Source of the DNA: Clostridia bacterium
GTDB lineage: Bacteria; Bacillota; Clostridia; Oscillospirales; CAG-382
NCBI GenBank assembly: GCA_017466805.1
Contig: JAFTTN010000063.1
Location: forward strand, 7,156 to 71,155
Direction: 5' to 3'
DNA: 64,000 nt
Each line of letters begins with the position of its first letter. Within the stretch, counting starts at the first letter, position 1. The position numbers were made by a program, and so were the translations under genes. Positions 18,602 through 27,648 of this stretch are shown here, one piece after another. The notes beneath the pieces are model-generated. The model saw only the letters and a list, made by a program, of their open reading frames with translations, was not told the origin of the DNA and did not search any database.

Positions 18602-19948
18602 TTAAAGAGAGTTTACTATTGTTTTGAATACGTTGCCGCGTTCGGCAAAGTTTTTGAACATATCGAAGCTTGCAGATGCGGGAGTAAGAACAACGTTATC
18701 GCCGCAAACCGCTTTTGATGCAGCAAAGCGCACGGCCGAATCGAAGCTATCGAGAACGGTATATTCGCTATATCCGACTTTTTCGAAAACCTCTGCGATT
18801 TTTTTTGCGGTAGCACCGCAAAGCACGGTGTATTTAACCTTTTCTCTAAAAAGCTCGCCGAGCGGTTCATACGGTATATTTTTATCGTAGCCGCCGCATA
18901 TTGCTATGACCGGCGTTATGAAGGCATTTATGCACGCGGTGGTGCGTGACGGAGAAGAGTCGATAGAGGAATTATAAAATTTCACGCCGTTAATTTCGCG
19001 CACGAATTCAATTCTGTGCTCAACGCCTCCGAATTCCTTCGCAACCTTACGCAATGTTTCGACCGAAACGATATCTCTTACAGCGGAGTAAGCCGCGGCA
19101 TAGTTATATCTGTTATGTCTGCCGACTATACGTATTTCATCATCGGCAACCAACAGTTCGTTTTCTTTCGAAAAAATACCTTTTTCGTTAAAATAAATAT
19201 CGCCGTTTTCGGTATTGCCCGAAATAGAAGCAACACTTCCCTTTGCTGCTTTTGCAAAGCTTTCGGCATATTCGTCATCAAGATTCAATACGAGCTTCGA
19301 ATCCTTATCCTGAAAAGCAAAGATTCTCTTTTTCGCCTCGACGTATTCGTTCATATCGGTATGCCAATCCAAATGGTTCGGAGCAACGTTGGTTACGACG
19401 GCAACGTTAGGGCTTTCTGAAAGCTTCATAAGCTGGAATGACGAAAGCTCGATAACAGCGAAGTCCTCGGTTTGAATTTCATCAAGAGTTGCAAACAGGT
19501 TTATACCTATATTCCCGCCGAGCCATACCTTGCAGCCCTCGGCTTCCAAAAGCTTCGCGATAAGCGTGGTTGTAGTAGTCTTACCGTCGCTGCCGGTAAC
19601 AGCGATTTTTTTGCAAGGACAAAGACGGAAAAACTCTTCCATTTCGCTCGTAACGCGCGTTCCGTTTAAACGCGCAACGTTTATTCCTTCCAAATCGGGA
19701 CGAACTGCAGGAGAAAGAAAAAGCAGAGATTCTTTTATATTGTCGAGATATCCCTCTCCCATTATAAATTCAACGCCCGCGTTTTTCAGACCGTTATAAA
19801 AATCGCGCGAAGAAAGATCGTTTTTGTCACGCACGGTACATTTTGCGCCTGCCGCAATAAAAAGCTTGATCACCGGCAGATTTGAAACGCCCATACCGAC
19901 GAAACCGACGGATTTTTTACAGTATTCCGATGCATATTCCTTTAACAC
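18602..19948 (-). CDS. murD: UDP-N-acetylmuramoyl-L-alanine--D-glutamate ligase
   Basis: GMGVSN Rossmann N-terminus and GSDGKTTTT P-loop. Start set at the GTG 8 nt after GGAGG. Confidence 0.9.
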   Translation of the reverse strand: MLKEYASEYCKKSVGFVGMGVSNLPVIKLFIAAGAKCTVRDKNDLSSRDFYNGLKNAGVEFIMGEGYLDNIKESLLFLSPAVRPDLEGINVARLNGTRVTSEMEEFFRLCPCKKIAVTGSDGKTTTTTLIAKLLEAEGCKVWLGGNIGINLFATLDEIQTEDFAVIELSSFQLMKLSESPNVAVVTNVAPNHLDWHTDMNEYVEAKKRIFAFQDKDSKLVLNLDDEYAESFAKAAKGSVASISGNTENGDIYFNEKGIFSKENELLVADDEIRIVGRHNRYNYAAAYSAVRDIVSVETLRKVAKEFGGVEHRIEFVREINGVKFYNSSIDSSPSRTTACINAFITPVIAICGGYDKNIPYEPLGELFREKVKYTVLCGATAKKIAEVFEKVGYSEYTVLDSFDSAVRFAASKAVCGDNVVLTPASASFDMFKNFAERGNVFKTIVNSL

Positions 19949-20014
19949 GAAGAATACCTCCAAATATTTCTAACTAATATATTATATAACCGATAAAAAA
20001 AATAATCAAGACAT

Positions 20015-20043
20015 TTGACAAAATTAAAATGTTATGATACAAT
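20015..20043 (+). promoter_or_regulatory. sigma-A promoter of rnpB
   Basis: TTGACA, 17 nt, TACAAT. Confidence 0.6.
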
Positions 20044-20047
20044 TTTC

Positions 20048-20402
20048 GAGCGACCGTACCGAACAATCGCGCGGTATCACAGCGAAAGCTCATACCGTGA
20101 GGAAAGTCCGAGCTCCACAGAGCAGGATAACAGATAACATCTGCCGAAGGCGACTTTAGGGCCAGTGCAACAGAAATATACCGCCTGCTTTTGCAGGTAA
20201 GGATGGAAAGGCGAGGTAAGAGCTCACCGGTGTGGCGGAGACGTCACAGCCATGTAAACCCTATCCGGAGCAACACCGTGGCGGGGGCATATGCTTGCTC
20301 GGCAGCCCCTATGGAGGTGGCAAAGAGGTTTATGGCGACATAAATCCAAGATAGATGATTGTTCACGACAGAACTCGGCTTATAGGTACGTTTGTCGCTT
20401 CT
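20048..20402 (+). ncRNA. rnpB: RNase P RNA (type-A-like)
   Basis: GAGGAAAGTCCGAGCTCCACAGAGCAGG (CR-I) and ACAGAACTCGGCTTATAGG (CR-V). The 5' GCGACCGTACC pairs with the 3' GGTACG..GTCGC as P1. Confidence 0.85.
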
Positions 20403-20410
20403 TTAACGTA

Positions 20411-20446
20411 AAAAGCACCCGTTTTAACACGGGTGCTTTCGTTTTA
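20411..20446. terminator. bidirectional intrinsic terminator (rnpB / serpin-2)
   Basis: AGCACCCG-ttttaaca-CGGGTGCT followed by TTTCGTTTT. Confidence 0.7.
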
Positions 20447-20450
20447 TATT

Positions 20451-21794
20451 TTATGCATTCGGATTCATCATCGTTCCAATAAAGAACGGGGTATTTGTTT
20501 CGCTGTCTATAATCATATAAACATACGGTCTGTTGAGATACACCTCTTCATATTCGGGCATACCGCCGCAATTCATTTCAACAACAGTCGCAGCGCCCGC
20601 CTTTGTGCCCGTGTACGTCACGGCTATCGACGTTTCGTGATATACTTTGGAAATATAAAGTCCGGCAGGATTTCCCATATTTGAAAAATCTGCAGATAAC
20701 GAATCGAATGCGAGAGGCATTCCCATTTCTATCAGCGCGTCGTTAAGATTCGTCTTAAACCCCGTTTCAAATGAAGGCATCGAAGCGTAGACTGTTGTTT
20801 GTCGCTGTGACATAAACAGATCATTCAGTTTTTCGCCGCTGAGCGATTGAACGTAATCGGTTATACTTATATCCTCGTTCGGTAATATTGCGGCAAACGC
20901 ATATTTACCGTCCTTATATGGCTTAATAAAGCCTGTCGCGTCATCGGAGGAGAGATATATAGATTCGGTAGAACCCATATATTCAACCTTGACCTGCTCT
21001 CCGTTTTCAAGATTGAAGTAATTCTTTACAATGCCGTGCTTCTCATATATTTCTTCCCACTCGGCTTCAAATACAAGCGCATTGATAAGATACATTATCG
21101 CATCAGGATCGATCTCATCGAGCATTTGGGGAATCATTCCGTCAGTCTTTAGATCGATCCACTTATTGATATCGTTCAACGTACCGTTATCGAAAACATC
21201 TTTTCTGATTTCCGCCGAATAATAATCCGCGTTGGTCTGAAGAAAGTCCCTGTTCGGTTCAAATTCGGGGGTATCCCTGAACCAGATCGCGTTTGCTATA
21301 TCGAAGCTGTATTTATCACCTTGAGGGCGAGTATTTATATAGCTGTATAAATATTCATTCAGCTCGCGAACGCTCATTCCGAGAACCGATTCCATTTGCG
21401 AGAGCGTTTCGCCGTTTGCTCCGTTTGCCGTCATCGAAAGCGCGCAAAGCACGGAAAGCGGCGATATAAGAGTGTTTTTACCGCTCTGCTCGGTTGCCTT
21501 AAACAATCTGACGGCAAAATCGTTATATGCGTCATTACCTTTATCAATGCTTGTTATCGCAATATGATTCGGAACGATGCCTTCCATAAGGTTTTCTGCT
21601 TTTACAGTATTTTCGCTGTCGGGCAGAAGCGCAAACACCACAAACGAAAAAACCATACAGAAGCAGGCGGCGATTGCAATACCTTTTAGAAGAAACCTTT
21701 TCTTCTTGGGCTTACCTCTTCTTAATTTATCGACCTTTTCTATGTATTCGTCATCTATCAAGTTTAATGCTTCTTGTAAATTTTCTGTTTTCAT
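20451..21794 (-). CDS. membrane-anchored serpin: short cytoplasmic N-terminus, 1 TM, serpin domain
   Basis: N-terminus MKTENLQEALNLIDDEYIEKV, TM helix at roughly aa 36-56, then a serpin fold. The hinge/RCL is TGTKAGAATVVEMNCGG and the C-terminal block is LNRPYVYMI. Confidence 0.85.
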   Translation of the reverse strand: MKTENLQEALNLIDDEYIEKVDKLRRGKPKKKRFLLKGIAIAACFCMVFSFVVFALLPDSENTVKAENLMEGIVPNHIAITSIDKGNDAYNDFAVRLFKATEQSGKNTLISPLSVLCALSMTANGANGETLSQMESVLGMSVRELNEYLYSYINTRPQGDKYSFDIANAIWFRDTPEFEPNRDFLQTNADYYSAEIRKDVFDNGTLNDINKWIDLKTDGMIPQMLDEIDPDAIMYLINALVFEAEWEEIYEKHGIVKNYFNLENGEQVKVEYMGSTESIYLSSDDATGFIKPYKDGKYAFAAILPNEDISITDYVQSLSGEKLNDLFMSQRQTTVYASMPSFETGFKTNLNDALIEMGMPLAFDSLSADFSNMGNPAGLYISKVYHETSIAVTYTGTKAGAATVVEMNCGGMPEYEEVYLNRPYVYMIIDSETNTPFFIGTMMNPNA

Positions 21795-22351
21795 AGCTTA
21801 TAGCCCTCCTTTTCGAGATGAATTTTAAGTTTTTGCCGAGTGCGGAAAAGCAGAGTTTTGGCTTTGCTTTCGCTCACACCGCAATAACGGCTTACTTCTT
21901 TTAGCGAATCGGAAAAGTAATATCTTCCGATAAACAGATTCCGCGAGGTTTCGGGGAGTTCTTTAAGAAAATCATTTATCACGCCTGCAAGATGACGCAC
22001 TTCGATTTCCTGTTCGGTAGAGTTCCCCACCGAAAGACAGCCTTCCAATTCATTCATCGAAACAACGTATTCCGACGGAATACGCTTATCGCGGTTTCTT
22101 TTACGAAAAATATCTATTGCAATACGCCTTGTTAGCTTTGCCAAATAAACCGACAAGGTTAACGGCCTTTGCGGCGGAATAGAATTCCACGCGGCAAGAT
22201 ATGTATCGTTTACACTTTCTTCGCTGTCTTGATTATCCGAAAGAATATTGTATGCGATTTTAAAAAGATATTTGCCGTATTTGTCCTGCGTTTCTTTAAG
22301 CGCAGATTCATTTCTTTCCCAATACAGCTCTACTATTTTTTCATCCTGCAT
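21791..22351 (-). CDS. ECF-type sigma-70 family RNA polymerase sigma factor
   Basis: 186 aa with regions 2 and 4. ATGA overlap with the serpin gene. Confidence 0.85.
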   Translation of the reverse strand: MQDEKIVELYWERNESALKETQDKYGKYLFKIAYNILSDNQDSEESVNDTYLAAWNSIPPQRPLTLSVYLAKLTRRIAIDIFRKRNRDKRIPSEYVVSMNELEGCLSVGNSTEQEIEVRHLAGVINDFLKELPETSRNLFIGRYYFSDSLKEVSRYCGVSESKAKTLLFRTRQKLKIHLEKEGYKL

Positions 22352-22396
22352 CTTATTCCCTCCCTTTTTATGTGTTCGGCGCCTGCATACATATAT

Positions 22397-22422
22397 ATCG
22401 TTTTATTTTAAATTCGGTTTCA
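22397..22422 (-). promoter_or_regulatory. candidate ECF-type promoter TGAAAC-N16-CGAT upstream of sigma-2
   Basis: Minus strand reads TGAAACcgaatttaaaataaaaCGAT, 46 nt before the ATG. It resembles the SigW-type TGAAAC-N16-CGTA consensus. Confidence 0.35.
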
Positions 22423-22519
22423 CTTTTTATAAAATTATAATACAAAAAACAATAAAAATCAAATTTAACAAAAGTTTATATTTTTTACATTACATATTTG
22501 AATTTTGCTGTATATTTCC

Positions 22520-22548
22520 TTGACATAACGGCAATTTTCGAATATAAT
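22520..22548 (+). promoter_or_regulatory. sigma-A promoter of prfB
   Basis: TTGACA, 17 nt, TATAAT. Confidence 0.55.
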
Positions 22549-22581
22549 GAGGTTGTATAGAAATAATTAAGGAGATCCCTT

Positions 22582-23691
22582 GTGATATTACAGTTAGAGC
22601 AGGCGAAGCTTTCGTTGGGAGAGCTTGCCGAAGGTATAAAGGATCTTGGTGATTCGATTGGTTTTGAAACACTCAAAACCGAGGTTGAAGAGCTTGAAAA
22701 CAAAACCGCAGAGCCGGGTTTTTGGGACAAGCCGCAGGAATCGCAAGTCGTTTTAAAACAATTAAAATTCAAAAAAGGCACGCTTGAACGTTATATTGCA
22801 CTAAAGCGCAGCTTCGACGATATTGAAACGCTTATAGACATATCTATCGAAGAAGACGACGACAGCGTAGTAGAAGACGTTTTAAACGATCTTGAAGAGG
22901 TAAAAAAGGAATACGAACGCCAAAAAATAGAAATACTTTTATCGGGCGAATACGACGGCAGCAACGCTATTATTTCGATACACCCCGGTGCCGGCGGAAC
23001 CGAGGCACAGGATTGGGCGCAAATGCTATACAGAATGTATTCGCAATACGCCGCTAAAAAGGGCTTTAAGCTTAAAGTGCTTGATTATCTTGACGGCGAT
23101 GAAGCGGGTATTAAAAGTGTTTCCTTTATGGTTGAGGGCGAAAACGCTTACGGCTATTTAAAGAGCGAATCGGGCGTGCACAGATTGGTTCGTGTTTCCC
23201 CCTTCGATTCGAGCGGACGCAGACACACCTCGTTTGCGTCGGTCGAGGTATTGCCCGAATTCAACGATGAAATCACTATTGAAATCAACGAAGCCGATTT
23301 AAAAATTGATGCGCATCGAGCAAGCGGCGCAGGCGGTCAGCACGTTAACAAGACCGACTCCGCTATACGTATCACACACATTCCCACCGGCATAGTCGTC
23401 GGATGTCAGACAGAGCGCAGTCAGGTGCAAAACCGCGAAACCGCGATGAAGATGCTTAAAAGTAAGCTTTTGGAGATTAAGGAACGCGAGCATTTAGAGC
23501 GTGTCGAAGACATTACCGGAACCAAGATGAACATTGAATGGGGCAGTCAAATTAGGTCTTACGTATTTATGCCTTACACCTTGGTAAAGGACAACAGAAC
23601 CAACTATGAAACCGGCAACATACAAGCTGTTATGGACGGCGATCTTGACGGATTTATTAACGAATATTTGAAATTAAACTGCAACAAATAA
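22582..23691 (+). CDS. prfB: peptide chain release factor 2 (single uninterrupted frame)
   Basis: SPF motif (VSPFDS) and GGQ motif (SGAGGQHVNKT). GTG start 7 nt after AAGGAG. Confidence 0.9.
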   Translation: MILQLEQAKLSLGELAEGIKDLGDSIGFETLKTEVEELENKTAEPGFWDKPQESQVVLKQLKFKKGTLERYIALKRSFDDIETLIDISIEEDDDSVVEDVLNDLEEVKKEYERQKIEILLSGEYDGSNAIISIHPGAGGTEAQDWAQMLYRMYSQYAAKKGFKLKVLDYLDGDEAGIKSVSFMVEGENAYGYLKSESGVHRLVRVSPFDSSGRRHTSFASVEVLPEFNDEITIEINEADLKIDAHRASGAGGQHVNKTDSAIRITHIPTGIVVGCQTERSQVQNRETAMKMLKSKLLEIKEREHLERVEDITGTKMNIEWGSQIRSYVFMPYTLVKDNRTNYETGNIQAVMDGDLDGFINEYLKLNCNK

Positions 23692-23710
23692 CCAACACGG
23701 AGGTATTATT

Positions 23711-24013
23711 ATGAAAAAGCTCAGACCCATTTTGGCAATTTCGCTTCTTGTTCAATCGGTAACGTTTTTCGTGCTTTGCCTTTTGAATCTTGAAAAGAAA
23801 AAAAGTCTTGCAAAATGCTTCGGCATTTTCGGTGCACTCGGCGGTGTCGCAGGCGCGGTTCTTCTTTACACCGAATATAAGGAACGCAAGGCTATAAAGG
23901 CATCCGACGATGATTATTTCGAGGAATTTGACGAATTCGATGAATTCGATGAATTTGACGACGAAATTACCGAGGACGAAATCAACTGCGCTTTCGAAAG
24001 CGAAGAAGCTTAA
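23711..24013 (+). CDS. small 2-TM membrane protein with acidic EFD-repeat tail
   Basis: 100 aa with two hydrophobic helices. C-terminus is FEEFDEFDEFDEFDDE. Confidence 0.5.
   Translation: MKKLRPILAISLLVQSVTFFVLCLLNLEKKKSLAKCFGIFGALGGVAGAVLLYTEYKERKAIKASDDDYFEEFDEFDEFDEFDDEITEDEINCAFESEEA
23924..23959 (+). repeat. 4 x 9-nt in-frame tandem repeat (GAATTYGAY)
   Basis: gaatttgac gaattcgat gaattcgat gaatttgac encodes (EFD)4. Confidence 0.9.
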
Positions 24014-24082
24014 ACACACAGTTTGGGAGAATCGGCAAACGCCGATTCTCTTATTACGATAAAGCAAAGGAAGGTTAATATT

Positions 24083-25840
24083 ATGTCTAAAGGCGCGCTT
24101 TCGGTCGATACCGAGCACCTATTCCCTATTATTAAAAAATGGTTATATTCCGAAAAGGATATTTTCATTCGCGAGGTTGTTTCCAACGCCTGCGACGCAA
24201 TTACCAAGCACAAACGTCTTATATCGCTCGGCGAAGCCGAGGACGACGGTTGCAATTACCGTATTACGATAACTGCCGACAAGGACGAACGCACTATAAC
24301 CGTTTGCGACAACGGTATAGGTATGAATTCCGACGAGGTAGAACGCTACATTAACAACATCGCTCTTTCGGGCGCGGTTGAATTTATTTCGAAATACGAG
24401 GGCGAATCGGGCAGCGGAATTATCGGCCATTTCGGTTTGGGCTTTTATTCGATGTTTATCGTTGCCGAAAAGGTTGAAATGTTTACTCGTTCCTATAAGG
24501 GTGGCGAAGGAGTACACTGGATTTGCGACGCGAACGGAAATTTTGAAAGCGAGCCCTGCGAGCGCGATACACACGGCACCGAAATTATTATGCACGTTTC
24601 CGACGATGAGCTTGCCTACCTCGACAACGAAAAGCTTAAAAGCGTGCTCGAGCGTTACTGTGCGTTTATGCCCTACGATATAGTTCTTGTTAACGGAAAA
24701 GATGAAACCGTTGTAAACGACACCAATCCGCTTTGGCAACGTAACCCGAGCGAGATAAGCGACGAGGAATACAACGAGTTCTACAAAAAGGTATTCAACG
24801 ATTACGAGGATCCTCTGTTCAAGCTCCACATCGTTGCAGACTATCCTCTTAACTTCAAGGGCGTTTTGTTTAGTCCGAGAAGAAAGAGCGGATATGATTC
24901 AACCGAAAGCGAAATCAAGCTGTTTTATAATTCGGTTTTCGTTGCCGACAATATAAAGGGTGCCTGCCCCGAGCATTTGGTTAATTTCCGCGGCATACTC
25001 GATTGCCCCGAGCTTCCTTTGAACGTTTCGCGCAGTTATTTGCAAAACGATGCATACGTTCGCAAGGTTGCATCGCATATTTCCAAAAAAGTTGCCGACA
25101 AGCTTAACTCTATGTTTAACAACGACAGAGAGGCGCTCGAAAAGAACTGGAACGATATGAGGGCATATTTTGAATATGCTTGTATGCGCGATGAAAAGTT
25201 TGGCGACAGAGCGAGAAACAGCATTCTTTTCGAAAAGGCAGAGGGCGGTTTTGCCACTGTTAACGAATATCTCGACGGCAAGGACGAGGGCACGGTTTAC
25301 TATACGAGCGATAAGGAAGGTCAGAGCTATTATCTTGATTTATTTGCCGAAAAGGAAAAACCGGTATTAATACTCGACAGCATAATCGACAACAGCTTTG
25401 CACAGTATTTCGAAAGCAAGAACGAAAAGATAAAGTTCCGCAGAGTCGACTCCGGATTTGAAGAAAACGAAGCAAGCAAGAACGAAAGGCTTGCAGAGAT
25501 TTTCAAGAAGGCGTGCGGCAGAGATGATATCGAAATAACCTTCGTATCGCTTGGCGCAGACGGTGCGGCGGCTTTGATTTCGCTTTCAGAGGAAAGCAGA
25601 CGTTTTGCCGATATGATGAAAATGTACAGCATGAACGGCGGCGGAGAAGCTTTCAAGATGCCCAACAGTGAAGCTCTTGCTGTAAACGTAGACAACCCTA
25701 TTATTAAAAAGCTCGAAGGCGACGCAGAAAACGCCGAGGAGCTTGCCAAGCATATTTATCTTTCCGCAGTGCTTCTTTCAAGAACGCTTACCGCAGAGGA
25801 AGCAAAGGAATTTGTTAGGCTTAACAACAGGCTTCTGTAA
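24083..25840 (+). CDS. htpG: molecular chaperone HtpG (Hsp90)
   Basis: REVVSNACDAI and GHFGLGFYS motifs. Start at the ATG (MSKGAL) after AAGGAAGG. Confidence 0.9.
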   Translation: MSKGALSVDTEHLFPIIKKWLYSEKDIFIREVVSNACDAITKHKRLISLGEAEDDGCNYRITITADKDERTITVCDNGIGMNSDEVERYINNIALSGAVEFISKYEGESGSGIIGHFGLGFYSMFIVAEKVEMFTRSYKGGEGVHWICDANGNFESEPCERDTHGTEIIMHVSDDELAYLDNEKLKSVLERYCAFMPYDIVLVNGKDETVVNDTNPLWQRNPSEISDEEYNEFYKKVFNDYEDPLFKLHIVADYPLNFKGVLFSPRRKSGYDSTESEIKLFYNSVFVADNIKGACPEHLVNFRGILDCPELPLNVSRSYLQNDAYVRKVASHISKKVADKLNSMFNNDREALEKNWNDMRAYFEYACMRDEKFGDRARNSILFEKAEGGFATVNEYLDGKDEGTVYYTSDKEGQSYYLDLFAEKEKPVLILDSIIDNSFAQYFESKNEKIKFRRVDSGFEENEASKNERLAEIFKKACGRDDIEITFVSLGADGAAALISLSEESRRFADMMKMYSMNGGGEAFKMPNSEALAVNVDNPIIKKLEGDAENAEELAKHIYLSAVLLSRTLTAEEAKEFVRLNNRLL

Positions 25841-25845
25841 TTCAC

Positions 25846-25878
25846 AGCTGACGCATATATCTTGCGTCAGCTTTTTTT
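25846..25878 (+). terminator. intrinsic terminator of htpG
   Basis: AGCTGACGCA-tatatct-TGCGTCAGCT followed by TTTTTTT. Confidence 0.75.
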
Positions 25879-25965
25879 ATAAAAATCGTGACGTATGCCG
25901 ATATGGTTAAATATACTTTTAAAGAAGGTGTTTATGCCTTTTTACGAAAGGAGCAATATTTACCG

Positions 25966-26835
25966 ATGGCAACGATAATAACAAACAGAGCTACCGTTAA
26001 TTACAGTTTCGGAAGTATAACTGCCACCGCAGTTTCGAATATAACGAATACGGTACTCAGCGGTGCATTAAGCATAAGAAAAAGCTCGCTTAGCGAACGA
26101 TACAGAATCGGACAAGAAATCACCTATATCATAACGCTCACAAATAACGGAAGCGGCGTTATCGGCAACGTTACGGTTGTCGACACCCTCGGCTCATTCG
26201 CAACGGGAGGAAGCGTATATACTCCCCTAACCTACGTCGGTCCCGCACAGCTATACGTTAACGGCGAATTTATCGATAGCATCACGCCTACGGTATCCGC
26301 CTCGGGATTAATTTTTAATATCGAAAGCATTCCCGCGAGCAGCAACGTACAGATAATATATATAGCTCGAGTCAACTCGTTCGCAAGCGGTGAATCGGGG
26401 GCATATATTACCAACTCCGCCACGGTCGACGGCGATTGCAATTGCCTTTGCGAAGAAACCGAAAGCGACAGCAATACGATTTTCGCCGACGAATACGCCG
26501 ATTTGCGTATTACAAAATCGGTATGTCCGAACCCGGTTATATGCGGCGGTGAGATAAGCTACGTTATTGATCTTTACAATTACGGCAATCTTCCCGCATC
26601 GAACGTGACTTTGAGCGATACGTTTGAACCCGCTCTCGCAGATATTTCGGTGTCTGTTGACGGAGTAATATTGCCTGAAAGCGATTACAGCTACGAAAAC
26701 GGTGTTTTGACTCTGCCCGCAAACGACGGCGAGCTGCTTGCGGTACCCGCGGCGGAGTTTATAAGAAATATTCTGACGGGTGAAATAGAAATAATACCGA
26801 GGCATTTACAGGTTGTTATCGTAGGTAGGATTTAA
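25966..26835 (+). CDS. DUF11-like repeat (beta-sandwich) protein without recognizable signal peptide
   Basis: Two repeat units with ...TNSATVDG... and ...LSDTFEPAL... signatures. The start is uncertain (25888, 25903 or 25966). Confidence 0.55.
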   Translation: MATIITNRATVNYSFGSITATAVSNITNTVLSGALSIRKSSLSERYRIGQEITYIITLTNNGSGVIGNVTVVDTLGSFATGGSVYTPLTYVGPAQLYVNGEFIDSITPTVSASGLIFNIESIPASSNVQIIYIARVNSFASGESGAYITNSATVDGDCNCLCEETESDSNTIFADEYADLRITKSVCPNPVICGGEISYVIDLYNYGNLPASNVTLSDTFEPALADISVSVDGVILPESDYSYENGVLTLPANDGELLAVPAAEFIRNILTGEIEIIPRHLQVVIVGRI

Positions 26836-26918
26836 AAACAAAAGGTTCCCTGCGGGAGCCTTTTTATATTGCAATGAATTAAAATTTATGCTATCATATT
26901 TGTAAGATTGGTATATGT

Positions 26919-26951
26919 CTTAATCGCACTTTAATATATTTTGTGTAGAAT
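26919..26951 (+). promoter_or_regulatory. candidate response-regulator box plus -10: CTTAAT-N4-CTTTAAT-N10-TAGAAT
   Basis: Direct repeat with ~11-bp phasing in the -35 position, upstream of the response-regulator (RR) gene. The same architecture occurs at 29044-29076. Confidence 0.45.
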
Positions 26952-26973
26952 TGTATCGGAAGGATGTGAATAT

Positions 26974-27648
26974 ATGAGAATACTCGTTGTGGAAGACGAA
27001 AAAAATTTAAACAGACTTATTTCCGATATGCTCAAAAAAGAGCATTACAGCGTTGATTCCTGCTTTCGCGGCGACGAAGCGGAGGACTACCTGCGCGGAG
27101 CCGAATACGATGCGATAGTGCTTGATATAATGCTGCCCGCAAAAAACGGTATACAAATTTTGCGCGATATGAGGGTGCGAAAAGACAAAACACCGGTGCT
27201 TTTGCTAACCGCAAAGGACAGCGTAGCAGACAGAGTTGCCGGACTTGATGCAGGTGCAGACGATTATTTGGTAAAGCCGTTTGCCAAGGACGAGCTTTTG
27301 GCGCGTATAAGAGTTATGATAAGGCGTTCCTCCGGCAGCGTAAGCAACGTATTCAGCGTTGCCGATTTAACCGTTGATTGCGATTCACGCATTGCAAAGC
27401 GCGGCGAAAGCGTGATTCAGCTTGCAACGAAGGAATTTGATTTATTGGAATATTTAATTCGAAACGCAGGTAAGGTTTTAACTCGCGAAAAGATAAGCCA
27501 CCATATTTGGAATTACGATTACGAGGGCGGCTCGAACGTCGTCGACGTTTACATACGCTATCTGCGCAAAAAGCTTGACGAGGGATTTGAGCCCAAGCTG
27601 ATACATACGGTACGCGGCGCAGGCTACGTTTTGAGGGTTAACGAATGA
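26974..27648 (+). CDS. OmpR-family response regulator
   Basis: MRILVVEDE receiver domain and a winged-helix C-terminus ([11 protein letters not shown]). Confidence 0.9.
   Translation: MRILVVEDEKNLNRLISDMLKKEHYSVDSCFRGDEAEDYLRGAEYDAIVLDIMLPAKNGIQILRDMRVRKDKTPVLLLTAKDSVADRVAGLDAGADDYLVKPFAKDELLARIRVMIRRSSGSVSNVFSVADLTVDCDSRIAKRGESVIQLATKEFDLLEYLIRNAGKVLTREKISHHIWNYDYEGGSNVVDVYIRYLRKKLDEGFEPKLIHTVRGAGYVLRVNE

Noticed and set aside
22582-22700. Expected programmed +1 frameshift site in prfB
   Set aside because: No CTTTGA or in-frame stop is present. A single ORF covers the full RF2 length.
24143-24829. 228-aa minus-strand ORF, with similar antisense ORFs at 25330-25749, 49935-50708, 45935-46504 and 61625-62260
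   Set aside because: All lie antisense to well-supported genes (htpG, glyA, era, mraY) and have no start context.
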